A DNA stretch of 64,000 bases from an uncultured Rikenellaceae bacterium (GTDB lineage Bacteria > Bacteroidota > Bacteroidia > Bacteroidales > VadinHA17): assembly GCA_964577305.1 (NCBI GenBank), contig CAZNYS010000004.1:8661-72660 (forward strand), in the 5' to 3' direction. The translations under genes were made by a program, and so were the position numbers. This document shows positions 30,636-41,358 of the stretch, piece by piece; position 1 is the first letter of the stretch, and each line of letters opens with the position of its first letter. The notes under the pieces are model-generated. The model did not search any database. It had not been told where the DNA came from and saw only the letters and a list, made by a program, of their open reading frames with translations.

Positions 30636-31975
30636 TGAAAGACAGGCTTGTCATACTGGGTGCAGGTGAAAGTGGTACGGGATCAGCTATCCTGGCTGCC
30701 AGGGAAGGATATGATGTCTTTGTATCTGATAATGGAATTATTAAAGACAGATACAGGAAAGACCTTGAAGTATATAATATTGATTTTGAAGAAGGGAAAC
30801 ATGATACCAGCCGGCTGTTAAAAGCTGATCTTATTGTGAAAAGCCCGGGGATACCTGATGATAAATCACCCGTAAAGGAACTGATTAATGCAGGGATAAA
30901 GGTAATATCAGAGATTGAATTTGCAGATAGGTTTACAGGTGCAAAAAAAATATGCATTACCGGCAGCAATGGTAAAACAACCACAACAAATCTCATCTAT
31001 GAAATATTGAGGAAAGCAGGCTTCAATGTTGCCCTGGCAGGTAATATAGGTCATTCATTCGCCCGCCAGGTGGCCATAGGTAATTATGATTATTATGTTA
31101 TTGAGTTAAGCAGTTTCCAGCTTGATGGCATGTATGATTTCAAAGCTGATATAGCTGTTTTAATGAATATTACACCTGACCATCTTGACAGGTATGGCAA
31201 TACTTTCCAGGAATATATTGATTCTAAATTCAGGATAATAAATAACCAGTCAGAGAATGATTATTTTATCTACTGGGCTGATGACCCCGTTATCCGGCAG
31301 GAGCTTGCATTTCGCTCGCCGAAGGGTCAGTTGCTGCCATTTTCTGCTGTCAGATCAGATGGTATGGCAGGATATATTGATAATGACAATCTAAACCTTT
31401 CCATTCACAATAAAACCGAAGAAATTATGACTATTCATGACCTGGCACTTAAAGGCCGCCATAATACTTATAACTCTATGGCTGCTGCAATAGCGGGTAA
31501 AATACTGAACATAAGAAAGGAAATAATAAGGGAGAGCCTCACTGATTTCCAGGGGGTGGAACACCGCCTCGAAACGGTTATTGCAGTGCATGGTATTAAC
31601 TTTATTAATGACTCCAAAGCTACCAACGTTAATTCTTCATGGTATGCCCTTGAGTGCATAACAACCAAGATAGTCTGGATAGCGGGGGGAATTGATAAAG
31701 GCAATGATTATTCCGAACTACATAAGCTGGCAAAGGGAAAAATAAAGGCTATTGTGTGTCTTGGCACAGATAACAGTAAGATAATAAATGCTTTTAAAGG
31801 ACTGGTCCCAACTATAATTGAAACAAAGTCGATGAACGAGGCAGTAAAGTCTGCATATTACCTGGCATCAACGGGTGACACAATATTGCTTTCTCCTGCC
31901 TGCGCAAGCTTTGATCTTTTCGAGAACTATGAGGACCGCGGAAGAAAATTTAAGGAAGCGGTGCGGAACCTGTAA
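30635..31975 (+). CDS. murD: UDP-MurNAc-L-Ala--D-Glu ligase
   Basis: ITGSNGKTT, ELSSFQL, NDSKATN and SPACASFD motifs. Confidence 0.96.
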   Translation: MKDRLVILGAGESGTGSAILAAREGYDVFVSDNGIIKDRYRKDLEVYNIDFEEGKHDTSRLLKADLIVKSPGIPDDKSPVKELINAGIKVISEIEFADRFTGAKKICITGSNGKTTTTNLIYEILRKAGFNVALAGNIGHSFARQVAIGNYDYYVIELSSFQLDGMYDFKADIAVLMNITPDHLDRYGNTFQEYIDSKFRIINNQSENDYFIYWADDPVIRQELAFRSPKGQLLPFSAVRSDGMAGYIDNDNLNLSIHNKTEEIMTIHDLALKGRHNTYNSMAAAIAGKILNIRKEIIRESLTDFQGVEHRLETVIAVHGINFINDSKATNVNSSWYALECITTKIVWIAGGIDKGNDYSELHKLAKGKIKAIVCLGTDNSKIINAFKGLVPTIIETKSMNEAVKSAYYLASTGDTILLSPACASFDLFENYEDRGRKFKEAVRNL

Positions 31976-31986
31976 TATGTGTTGAT

Positions 31987-33198
31987 ATGAAAACAGTGTT
32001 TGGTGGTTTATTCAAGGGAGACAGAGTAGTATGGGGATTGATAGTGGTATTCATGATCTATTCCCTGCTTGCCGTTTACAGCTCTTCAGTGAGTGTGGCA
32101 TTTTCAAGGCATGGAGGTGATACTACTTTTTTCCTTAAATCGCAGGCAATGATGCTGATCTTCTGTCTCTTTATCATAACTGTGACCCACCATTTGCCTT
32201 ACAGGATATATTCATCACTGGCAGGTTTTATACTCTTTGTGGCCATAATATTACTGATAATTACACTGATCTTCCCGGTAAGGATAAACGAAGCTTCAAG
32301 GTGGATAATGATACCGGGCACAGGATTTATGATCCAGACATCAGATCTCGCGAAAGTAGCTTTGATAATATACCTGGCCCGCATGCTTTCTCAGAACCAG
32401 AATAACCTGAGGGATTTCAAACTTATGACCAGGATTATGATAGTACCTGTGGCAATAGTGTGTGCATTGATCATGCCTGAGAACCTGTCAACGGCAGTAA
32501 TGATCTTCGGTATGGCACTGGTTATCATGTTTATTGGAAGAATGCCGGTGAAATATCTCTTTGCCTGGCTGGGACTAGCAATAGCAGCCATAGTAATTTT
32601 TGCTCTGCTCCTTGACCTGGTAACAGAAACTAACAGGGTTTCAGTATGGAAGAGCAGGATAGAGAATTACGTGAAGGGAGAAAATGACAGTGATACTGAC
32701 TATCAGGCCAACCAGGCCAAGATAGCTATCGCAACAGGAGGACTTATCGGCAAAGCTCCCGGCAACAGCGTGCAGAGGAATATGTTGCCACAGTCAAATT
32801 CTGATTTCATTTTTGCGATAATAATAGAAGAATACGGGTTGATTTTCGGTGCACTGCCGGTACTGTTTGTTTACCTTATCCTGTTGTTCAGGGGAATAGC
32901 AATAGCAAGAAAATGTGAAACAGCTTTCCCGGCCTTCCTTGTGCTGGGCCTTACCATAATGCTGGTAACCCAGGCAATAATTAATATGGCAGTGGCAGTG
33001 GGTCTGTTTCCTGTTACGGGACAGACACTGCCAATGATAAGCTGGGGAAGAACATCGATGGTTGTATCAAGTTTTTCACTTGGGGCAATACTGGGAGTGA
33101 GCCGTGTAATAAGGGCTAAAGCCCGGAAGGACCAAACAGTTAACATGGAGGAGGAAGATCCGGGCGACGGACTAATATATGAAACTGCAAATGAGTAA
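31987..33198 (+). CDS. ftsW: SEDS peptidoglycan polymerase FtsW
   Basis: SRW, NLSTA, SDFIFAIIIEEYG and GQTLPMISWG motifs. Confidence 0.92.
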   Translation: MKTVFGGLFKGDRVVWGLIVVFMIYSLLAVYSSSVSVAFSRHGGDTTFFLKSQAMMLIFCLFIITVTHHLPYRIYSSLAGFILFVAIILLIITLIFPVRINEASRWIMIPGTGFMIQTSDLAKVALIIYLARMLSQNQNNLRDFKLMTRIMIVPVAIVCALIMPENLSTAVMIFGMALVIMFIGRMPVKYLFAWLGLAIAAIVIFALLLDLVTETNRVSVWKSRIENYVKGENDSDTDYQANQAKIAIATGGLIGKAPGNSVQRNMLPQSNSDFIFAIIIEEYGLIFGALPVLFVYLILLFRGIAIARKCETAFPAFLVLGLTIMLVTQAIINMAVAVGLFPVTGQTLPMISWGRTSMVVSSFSLGAILGVSRVIRAKARKDQTVNMEEEDPGDGLIYETANE

Positions 33199-34288
33199 AC
33201 GAATAATCATAAGCGGAGGAGGTACGGGTGGACATATTTTCCCCGCCATCTCTATTGCCAATGCCCTGGAGAGTATTGACAGTAGTGTTATTATTCATTT
33301 TGTAGGTGCCCTGGGCAGGCTTGAGATGGTAAAAGTACCTGAGGCCGGTTATGAGATAAGCGGATTGCCCGTGATGGGATTTGAACGTAAGCTTAACCTT
33401 AAAAATATTGAAGTAGTAATAAAACTTATTAAAAGCCTGTGCAAGGCACGAAAGATTATCAAATCCTTTAAACCGGATGTAGCAGTCGGTGTTGGTGGCT
33501 ACGCCAGCGGACCACTTCTGAAGATGGCAGGAAGGAAAGGTATCCCTACGCTAATACAGGAACAAAACAGCTATGCCGGTTTAACAAACAAAATGCTTGC
33601 AAAGAAGGCAGGGGTGATATGCGTGTCTTATGAGGGTATGGAGAAATATTTTCCAAGAGAAAAAATATTGCTGACAGGTAATCCGGTAAGAAAAGACCTT
33701 AATGAGCTGGGTGATAAAAGAGGAGAGGCTATTGATTATTTTGACCTCGATGAGAATCTCCCAGTTGTACTGGTACTTGGAGGTTCAGGCGGCAGCCGTA
33801 CCATTAATGAGAGTATTGCTGCAGGACTGGAGAAATTTAAGGACAATAAGGTACAGGTGATATGGCAAACGGGAAAATACTATTATAACAGTATGACGGA
33901 AATGCATAAAAAATCAGCAGGCTTACTGGTTCATATACATGATTTTATAGACATGATGGACCTCGCTTTTGCAGCAGCTGACGTAGTAGTATCGCGCGCC
34001 GGTGCAGGAACAATATCAGAATTGAGTATAGTTGGTAAGCCTGTTATTCTTATCCCTTCACCCAATGTGGCTGATGATCACCAGACAAAGAACGCCATGG
34101 CACTTGTTGGTAAAGAGGCTGCCCTGATGCTGAGAGATAGTGAATCAGTGGAGAAGCTTGCTGACACAATTATTGAACTCATTACAGACAATGAAAGAAG
34201 AAGGAGCCTGTCAGAAAATATTTCTTCAATGGCCATAAAAGATTCAGATATAATTATTGCAAAGGAAATATTGAAGCTTGCAGAATGA
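33179..34288 (+). CDS. murG: Lipid II GlcNAc transferase MurG (probable start 33191)
   Basis: GGGTGGHIFPA, GGYAS, EQNS, SRAGA and HQTKNA motifs. Confidence 0.96.
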   Translation: MKLQMSKRIIISGGGTGGHIFPAISIANALESIDSSVIIHFVGALGRLEMVKVPEAGYEISGLPVMGFERKLNLKNIEVVIKLIKSLCKARKIIKSFKPDVAVGVGGYASGPLLKMAGRKGIPTLIQEQNSYAGLTNKMLAKKAGVICVSYEGMEKYFPREKILLTGNPVRKDLNELGDKRGEAIDYFDLDENLPVVLVLGGSGGSRTINESIAAGLEKFKDNKVQVIWQTGKYYYNSMTEMHKKSAGLLVHIHDFIDMMDLAFAAADVVVSRAGAGTISELSIVGKPVILIPSPNVADDHQTKNAMALVGKEAALMLRDSESVEKLADTIIELITDNERRRSLSENISSMAIKDSDIIIAKEILKLAE

Positions 34289-35667
34289 TAGATTTCAGTA
34301 AAATATCGCATGTATGGTTTGTTGGTATCGGGGGTATCGGCATGAGTGCTCTTGCAAGATATTTTGCTGTCGGAGGGTTTAGTGTTGGCGGTTATGACAG
34401 AACTGAATCATCAATAACAGGCGCACTTGTTTCTGAAGGTATCATGGTTATTTACAGTGATGATCCGCATGAAATACCCGGAAAATTCCTTAAGAGGGAG
34501 AATACACTTGTTATATATACACCTGCTATTCCCCCCGGTAATAAAATCTCAGCTTATTTCAGGGCAGAAGGTTTCAGGATACATAAACGATCTGAAATTC
34601 TTGGCATTATATCCAGTAAAAGCCGTGCTATAGCAATAGCGGGTACTCATGGCAAGACATCTGTGTCTGCAATTACCGCTCATTTATTAAAACAGTCTGA
34701 TATTGATTGCTCTGCTTTTCTGGGGGGTATCTCAAAAAATTACCAGACGAATCTGTTAACAGGTGAAAGCAACATTACAGTGATAGAAGCTGATGAATTC
34801 GACAGGTCATTTCATTACCTCAATCCTGAAATGGCTCTCATCACATCAATGGATGCCGACCACCTTGATGTGTATGGCAGCTATGACAATATGGTACAGG
34901 CCTATGAGGAGTTCGCCGGGAAGATAAAAAAAGACGGAATACTGGTTCTGAATGAGAAAATTGCCGGAAGATTTGAAAAGCCGGGTAATATAAAAACATA
35001 TACTTATGGATTAAGTCCTTCTTCAGATTTTTACTCATTAAGTATCTCAGCATATAATGAGGCTTATCGCTTCAGTGTACATACTCCATGGGGCATTATT
35101 GATGAGCTGAGTCTTCTTATACCGGGAAAGATGAATATTGAAAACTCAGTGGGTGCGATTGCACTGGCAAGGCTGGCAGGAGTGAGTGAAAAGGATATCA
35201 GGAAGGCACTTCTTTATTATAAAGGAGTGGTTAGAAGATTCGATGTCAGGATAAGCGGTGATAAGCTGATATATATTGACGACTATGCCCATCACCCCGA
35301 AGAGCTTAATTACTGCATTGCATCGGTTAGGGAATTTTATGGTGACAGGAAAGTAACAGGGATATTTCAGCCTCATCTCTATACCAGGACAAGGGATCAT
35401 GCAGATGCGTTTGCTGCTGCCCTTGATAAACTTGACAGGGCAATATTACTGCCTGTTTACCCTGCACGTGAAGAGCCGATTGAAGGAGTTGATACAGGGA
35501 TGATATTTAACAGGATGAAGCTGAAGAATAAAATACTTGCAGGGAAAGATGATTTGCCTGGGATATTGCAGGATGAAAAGGCTGATATAGTTCTTACCCT
35601 GGGAGCAGGAGATATTGACAGGCTTGTTGAGCCAATTGAAAATATGTTAAGGGAGCAATTAGGATGA
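34285..35667 (+). CDS. murC: UDP-MurNAc--L-alanine ligase
   Basis: GIGGIGMS, AGTHGKT, EADEFD, DDYAHHP and FQPHLYTRT motifs. Confidence 0.96.
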   Translation: MIDFSKISHVWFVGIGGIGMSALARYFAVGGFSVGGYDRTESSITGALVSEGIMVIYSDDPHEIPGKFLKRENTLVIYTPAIPPGNKISAYFRAEGFRIHKRSEILGIISSKSRAIAIAGTHGKTSVSAITAHLLKQSDIDCSAFLGGISKNYQTNLLTGESNITVIEADEFDRSFHYLNPEMALITSMDADHLDVYGSYDNMVQAYEEFAGKIKKDGILVLNEKIAGRFEKPGNIKTYTYGLSPSSDFYSLSISAYNEAYRFSVHTPWGIIDELSLLIPGKMNIENSVGAIALARLAGVSEKDIRKALLYYKGVVRRFDVRISGDKLIYIDDYAHHPEELNYCIASVREFYGDRKVTGIFQPHLYTRTRDHADAFAAALDKLDRAILLPVYPAREEPIEGVDTGMIFNRMKLKNKILAGKDDLPGILQDEKADIVLTLGAGDIDRLVEPIENMLREQLG

Positions 35668-36437
35668 GAGTGATCAAAAAAATATGGTGGCTGCCACTGG
35701 TTATATATATGACCATTATACCGTCATTTATGTCCGATAAATTCAATAATGAGGTGTGCAGGGGAATAAAAATATCAATTACGGATTCGGCGGAACACAG
35801 GTTTATCACCCAGGGGAACCTGCTTTCGATGATACAGAATGAAAACATGAAATTACTTGGTGCCGGACTTAGCACCATCGACCTGGAAAAGATAGAAAAT
35901 ATTCTGGCCGGAGTACGTGAGCTTGAATGCGTGGAGGTATACACTACTGCTGACGGTATTTTACATGTCGATGCAGACCAGCGTAACCCCGTAATGCGTG
36001 TGATTACTTCTTTCGGGAATAATTTCTATATCGATAAATATGGCTTTGTTATACCTCACAGCAATACGTTTACACCACGTCTGATTGTGGTGTCGGGGAA
36101 TATAGAAGTACCTGACAATTGTATCATGGGGAAGAGCATACTGGAACAGGATGAAAATTTAATGGTGATACAAGCATTCAGGATGGCTGAATACATAAAT
36201 GGTGATGAATTCTGGAGCAGGCTTATCGAACAAATATGGATAAACGAAAAAGGGGAATTTGAACTGGTACCCAGAATAGGTGAACATATCGTGAAATTTG
36301 GCACTGCAGGGAATTATGAGTGGAAATTCAGGGTATTGAGAACATTTTACAAAGAAAAAATGGCTGACGCAGGATGGAATAAGTACGATGAAATAGACAT
36401 GCGTTTTAAAGGACAATTAGTATGCACAAAAAAATAA
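35664..36437 (+). CDS. ftsQ: Cell division protein FtsQ/DivIB
   Basis: N-terminal TM, POTRA-like region, IDMRFKGQLVC C-terminus; position in dcw. Confidence 0.85.
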   Translation: MRVIKKIWWLPLVIYMTIIPSFMSDKFNNEVCRGIKISITDSAEHRFITQGNLLSMIQNENMKLLGAGLSTIDLEKIENILAGVRELECVEVYTTADGILHVDADQRNPVMRVITSFGNNFYIDKYGFVIPHSNTFTPRLIVVSGNIEVPDNCIMGKSILEQDENLMVIQAFRMAEYINGDEFWSRLIEQIWINEKGEFELVPRIGEHIVKFGTAGNYEWKFRVLRTFYKEKMADAGWNKYDEIDMRFKGQLVCTKK

Positions 36438-36473
36438 TATTCTACAGTTAAACCATATCATATTGAATAAGTT

Positions 36474-37823
36474 ATGAATAGTAATGAACAGTATGTAGCA
36501 GCAATTGACATTGGAACTACCAAGATAGTATCCATTGTTGGAAAGAAGAATCAAAACGGTAAAATTGAGATTCTTGGTCTTAGCAAGGCGCCTTCTAACG
36601 GGGTTAAAAGGGGCGTGGTGCTGAATATCGAGGAAACCGTAAGCGCTATTGAACGAACCGTGGCTGATGTCCAGGAGCGATCTGGAATAGTATTCACTGA
36701 TGTATTTGTTGGTATAGCCGGGCAGCATATTAAGAGCATGAAAAGCCGGGGTTATATTAACCGTGATTCTGTTGATGATGAAATAACCAAAGATGATGTA
36801 TTTAACCTGACCCAGGATATGCATAAGATACCTATTGAAATCGGGGAGGAGATAATACATGTAATCCCGCAGAATTTCATTGTTGATAATGAGACAGGTG
36901 TTAAGAATCCCATTGGTATGTGCGGAAAGAGGCTTGAGGCAAATTTCCATATTGTTATAGGCCAGGTTGCTTCGGCCAAGAACATTGAGAAATGCATCAG
37001 GAAATCAGGACTTAATGTCAAAGATCTTATCCTTGAGCCATTGGCATCGTCCGATGCGGTACTCACCGATGATGAGAAAGAGGCAGGAGTGGTACTTGTT
37101 GATATAGGTGGTGGTACAACCGACGTGGCAGTTTATTATGATAATATCATAAGGCATACAGCTGTAATACCCTTCGGCGGGAACGTTGTAACCAAGGACA
37201 TTAAGGAAGGTTGCTCAATCCTGCAGAGGTATGCTGAACAGTTGAAGGTCCAGTACGGGTCGGCGCTGGGAGATATCGCTCCTGAAGATAAAGTAGTGTC
37301 TGTACCAGGCATCAGCGGCCGGGAGCCCAAGGAAATATCCTTCAAAAGCCTTGCGTATATAATACAATCAAGGATGGAGGAGATAATAGATGCGGTGAAT
37401 TTCGAAATGCAATCATCAGGTTATGCAGAGAAAATATCTGCAGGTGTGGTTATCACCGGAGGCGGCGCCATGCTCAAGCATCTTCCTCAGCTTGTTAAGT
37501 TCAAAACGGCAATGGATGTCAGGATAGGACTACCAAATGAGCACCTGGCAGGAAATTCCAGGGATGAAATAAACCAGCCAATGTTCTCAACAAGTGTGGG
37601 ACTGATAATGCGTGGGTTTGATTACCTGGAGACATATAAGAGTAATTTTAATGCCGGTGAGAAATCTGAGATGTCCGAAGAGCAGGAGGAACTGTTTGGC
37701 AGGCAAAAAGTGGAAATAGAAGCTGAAATATTTGAAGATAATGATGGAAAGATGAGCTGGGCAGAGAAATTTAAGAAAAGCCTCAGTAAGATGTTTGAAA
37801 CAGAAGACCAGGATATAAGTTAA
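36474..37823 (+). CDS. ftsA: Cell division protein FtsA
   Basis: IDIGTTKI, DIGGGTTD and TGGGA motifs. Confidence 0.96.
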   Translation: MNSNEQYVAAIDIGTTKIVSIVGKKNQNGKIEILGLSKAPSNGVKRGVVLNIEETVSAIERTVADVQERSGIVFTDVFVGIAGQHIKSMKSRGYINRDSVDDEITKDDVFNLTQDMHKIPIEIGEEIIHVIPQNFIVDNETGVKNPIGMCGKRLEANFHIVIGQVASAKNIEKCIRKSGLNVKDLILEPLASSDAVLTDDEKEAGVVLVDIGGGTTDVAVYYDNIIRHTAVIPFGGNVVTKDIKEGCSILQRYAEQLKVQYGSALGDIAPEDKVVSVPGISGREPKEISFKSLAYIIQSRMEEIIDAVNFEMQSSGYAEKISAGVVITGGGAMLKHLPQLVKFKTAMDVRIGLPNEHLAGNSRDEINQPMFSTSVGLIMRGFDYLETYKSNFNAGEKSEMSEEQEELFGRQKVEIEAEIFEDNDGKMSWAEKFKKSLSKMFETEDQDIS

Positions 37824-37874
37824 TAAAAGAATATGCTGACATACTGAATTGAATAACCTTAAATACATATAGCC

Positions 37875-39326
37875 ATGTCTGACGAATTAATGAATTTTGA
37901 TCTGCCGGTTGAACGATCATCAATAATTAAGGTGCTGGGAATAGGCGGTGGAGGGAATAATGCCGTAAACCATATGTATAACGAAGGTATTACCGATGTA
38001 AATTTTGTTGTTTGTAATACCGATGCCCAGGCCCTGGCCGAAAGCCGGATACCGGTAAAAGTCCAGATAGGTGAGGATCTGACTGAAGGAAGGGGTGCAG
38101 GTAGTAAACCTGAATTAGGGCGCAGAGCCGCGGAGGAGAATATTGATCAGGTGCTAAGCGCTCTGGGGGGTAATACCCGGATGGTATTTATTACCACAGG
38201 AATGGGAGGTGGTACAGGAACAGGAGCTGCCCCTGTAATTGCACGGGCCTGTAAAGAGGCCGGGCTGCTGACAATAGCCGTGGTAACCATACCATTCAAG
38301 TCGGAAGGCAAAATAAGGATAAAAAATGCTGTGCAGGGTATCAATGACCTGAAAGATCATGTCGATTCCCTTCTGGTTATTAATAATGAAAAACTCAGGG
38401 AGATATTCGGGGATCAGCCCGTATCAACAGCTTTCGCAAAAGCCGACGATGTGCTTACCATGGCAGTGAAAGGGATAGCTGAAATAATTACGGTAGCAGG
38501 TTATATAAACGTTGATTTTGCTGATGTCGAAACGGTAATGCGTGATTCAGGCGCTGCGGTGATGGGAACAGGATCATCATCAGGAGAGGAAAGGGCTATA
38601 AAGGCGATAGAAGAGGCAATATCATCACCTCTGCTTAATTCCAATGATATACATGGCGCTAAAAGTATACTATTAAATATCACTACAGGCCTGGGTGACC
38701 ATGAGCTTACCATGGACGAACTGGGTGAGATAACAGACTTTATTTACGATGTGGCTTCAAATGATGCACTGATTATCAGGGGACTTTCAAAGGACGAAAG
38801 CCTGGGAGACAGGATATGTGTAACAGTTATTGCTACAGGATTTGAACCCAATAGTGTGCTTGAGCCTTACAGATCGAACCCAAAAACGGAAAAAATAAAC
38901 CTGGAAACAGGGCAGGTAAGCACAAATGTGCAGGAGAAGAAAAAAGGAGAACCGGATACTATCAGGGTCAAAACAAAAAAACCTGAAATATTCGATGATT
39001 ATGAAAATGAACTGCAGAGAAAACTTGAATTTGATTTCGCTATTAAAAATGAAAAGGAAAGCAGTGAATTTAATAAGGGTGATGGCACACTGAGGAAAAT
39101 AAAACATATGCAGAACATTCTTAAGAATGAAGGCCTGTCGAACAAAACCATGAGGGAGAATGTCGATGAGTTTGAAGATGTGCCGGCTTTTATAAGGAAA
39201 AAAATCAAGATCGATAGTGATAAAAGAAAAGACAAATCGGAAGTATCCAAATTCACATTATCAGATGACGATGACGAACCTTCACTGAGGGACGATAATG
39301 CGTATCTGAACGATAATGTTGACTAG
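37875..39326 (+). CDS. ftsZ: Cell division protein FtsZ
   Basis: [16 protein letters not shown] and NVDFADV motifs; VPAFIRK C-terminal peptide and Bacteroidota LNDNVD tail. Confidence 0.97.
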   Translation: MSDELMNFDLPVERSSIIKVLGIGGGGNNAVNHMYNEGITDVNFVVCNTDAQALAESRIPVKVQIGEDLTEGRGAGSKPELGRRAAEENIDQVLSALGGNTRMVFITTGMGGGTGTGAAPVIARACKEAGLLTIAVVTIPFKSEGKIRIKNAVQGINDLKDHVDSLLVINNEKLREIFGDQPVSTAFAKADDVLTMAVKGIAEIITVAGYINVDFADVETVMRDSGAAVMGTGSSSGEERAIKAIEEAISSPLLNSNDIHGAKSILLNITTGLGDHELTMDELGEITDFIYDVASNDALIIRGLSKDESLGDRICVTVIATGFEPNSVLEPYRSNPKTEKINLETGQVSTNVQEKKKGEPDTIRVKTKKPEIFDDYENELQRKLEFDFAIKNEKESSEFNKGDGTLRKIKHMQNILKNEGLSNKTMRENVDEFEDVPAFIRKKIKIDSDKRKDKSEVSKFTLSDDDDEPSLRDDNAYLNDNVD

Positions 39327-39352
39327 CTGCTCTGGACATAACTGTAGATTTG

Positions 39353-39385
39353 AAGGCAGGCCGACTCCCACAGCCTGCCTTTTTT
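39353..39385 (+). terminator. Intrinsic terminator of the dcw operon
   Basis: AAGGCAGGC-11 nt-GCCTGCCTT followed by TTTT. Confidence 0.85.
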
Positions 39386-39414
39386 CATGAGTTTTTTATT
39401 TATCTTTGGGGACC

Positions 39415-41349
39415 ATGAACAGGGCATTGATATACATTACTTTATTAAGTGTTTCATTAAATGCTTTTGCACAGAAAGGCAAAATACCGGAGAAGGCCGA
39501 TTCTGTTACCCATGTAACAAGGCAGTTTAAACTGGATGAAACCTTTACAGAGATTATTGATGTCGCTTTAGATACACTGGTAAATACATTTCACAGGTAT
39601 AAGAAAACAGAAGTAATTTCACCCTTTTTTCAAAACCTCGGTAATTACGGCCTGCCTTATATAGAGGTAGATTTCTTTGACCGACCCGTCGATCCCGAAT
39701 ATTTTATTTACAGGCACCTGAGATATTTTATGCACCATGCAGGAAATAAGTTGTATGTCGATACTCATGTACCCTTCACTGAACTTAAGTGGACCTATGG
39801 CGGGGAGAGAAGCCTTGCGGAACAAACATTGGGTGTGCGGCATTCTCAGAACGTAACCCCTTTTTTTAATATTGGCCTTGATCTTGATATAATTTACAGC
39901 CTGGGACAATATATTTACCAGAAATCGGATAACCGTGTTTTTACCCTCCATTCATCATACCTGGGGAATAAATACAAGGCGCTTGCCTCGTGGAGCATTA
40001 ATAATCTTAATGCTTATGAGAATGGCGGCGTTGCAGATCCAACAGTCCTTGACCAATATGAAACAAGGGATGTTCCTGTTAACCTGGGTGGACTGAATGA
40101 GGCAATAAGCAGGATAAAGAATATGAATTTTCAGGTAGTACAGAAATATACCATTGGTGGTGGAGGGGATACCCCTGCTGACAGTACGGAAAACAAAAAG
40201 AAAAGCGGGGTAAGCGGAACGTTCTCACATATCCTTGAATATGAAAAAGGAAGAAGAATATACGAAGATAATGCCCCGGGTATTGGCTTTTATGACACTA
40301 TTTTTATAAATGAAGCTGTTACATACGATTCCCTTTATGCCAGGGTTTTGAAGAATACCCTCAGGTTTGACTTTAATACAGGCGAAACAGCAAAATTCCA
40401 GCTGGGTATAGGTGTGGGGGCCGTAAATGAACAGAATGTTTTTGCACAGATCATGCCGACTCATGAAGAGGAAAACCCGGCAGACTCGGTAAAGTGGAAA
40501 GAAAGTTCAAATGCAGTGCTGGGGACACTGTTCAACCGGATTGGGAAAAAATTCGGATGGCGCGCCGATGGGAAATTGTATTTTACGGGTTTAAGAGCAG
40601 GCGATTTTGAACTGAAAGGAACAATTAATAAAAGCTTTAATGAAGGAGAAAAAGAGACAGAACTGGTTGCCAGGGGAAGTATGCTGAATACAGGACCGGC
40701 ATGGTGGATGAAAAGATGGGGGAGTAATCATTTTGAATGGTCAAATGATTTAAGTAGCGAGTTCAGAATTAACCTGGGCGGATCCTTTGATTACCCTGGT
40801 ATGAACTTTAATGCAGGAATCGATTATGCAATTATCACCAATATGTTCTATTTCAATACGGAAGCAATACCGGAACAGTATGATGGTGTGATTTCAGTAA
40901 TCAGTGCCAGGCTGAATAAAAACTTCAGCTTCTGGAAATTCAGGTTTGATAATTCCGTTCTGCTTCAGAAAAGCAGTCATAAAGATATCCTTGACCTTCC
41001 TCTCGTTTGTGCAAGGTCATCTTTTTACTTCGATCATGAATTCCATTTTAATGCAACGGGAGGCAGGCTACAGACACAACTGGGCTTTGAAGCTGAGTAT
41101 AATACCGCTTATTATTCATATTCCTATATGCCGGCCACCGGTATATTTTATGTACAGAACGGAATAAAAACAGGAAATTATCCCCAAATAAATGTGTTTG
41201 CAAATATCAAGGTGAAGCGTACAAGGATATTTGTTGGATTTGATCATGTCAACTATGGTTTGATGGGCTATGATTACTTTATAAGTCCCTATTATCCAGT
41301 GAATATAAGAATGTTCAAATATGGTATTGCGTGGACGTTTTATAATTAA
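39415..41349 (+). CDS. Putative outer-membrane porin (Bacteroidota putative-porin family); probable start ATG 39415
   Basis: Signal peptide, QNLGNYG, HSQN, ENGG and C-terminal YGIAWTFYN beta strand. The TTG at 39406 overlaps a TATCTTTG box. Confidence 0.75.
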   Translation: MNRALIYITLLSVSLNAFAQKGKIPEKADSVTHVTRQFKLDETFTEIIDVALDTLVNTFHRYKKTEVISPFFQNLGNYGLPYIEVDFFDRPVDPEYFIYRHLRYFMHHAGNKLYVDTHVPFTELKWTYGGERSLAEQTLGVRHSQNVTPFFNIGLDLDIIYSLGQYIYQKSDNRVFTLHSSYLGNKYKALASWSINNLNAYENGGVADPTVLDQYETRDVPVNLGGLNEAISRIKNMNFQVVQKYTIGGGGDTPADSTENKKKSGVSGTFSHILEYEKGRRIYEDNAPGIGFYDTIFINEAVTYDSLYARVLKNTLRFDFNTGETAKFQLGIGVGAVNEQNVFAQIMPTHEEENPADSVKWKESSNAVLGTLFNRIGKKFGWRADGKLYFTGLRAGDFELKGTINKSFNEGEKETELVARGSMLNTGPAWWMKRWGSNHFEWSNDLSSEFRINLGGSFDYPGMNFNAGIDYAIITNMFYFNTEAIPEQYDGVISVISARLNKNFSFWKFRFDNSVLLQKSSHKDILDLPLVCARSSFYFDHEFHFNATGGRLQTQLGFEAEYNTAYYSYSYMPATGIFYVQNGIKTGNYPQINVFANIKVKRTRIFVGFDHVNYGLMGYDYFISPYYPVNIRMFKYGIAWTFYN

Positions 41350-41358
41350 TCAGTATAT

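Noticed and set aside
24078-39326. Missing murF/ddl as an anomaly of the dcw cluster
   Set aside because: These genes are commonly located outside dcw in Bacteroidota.
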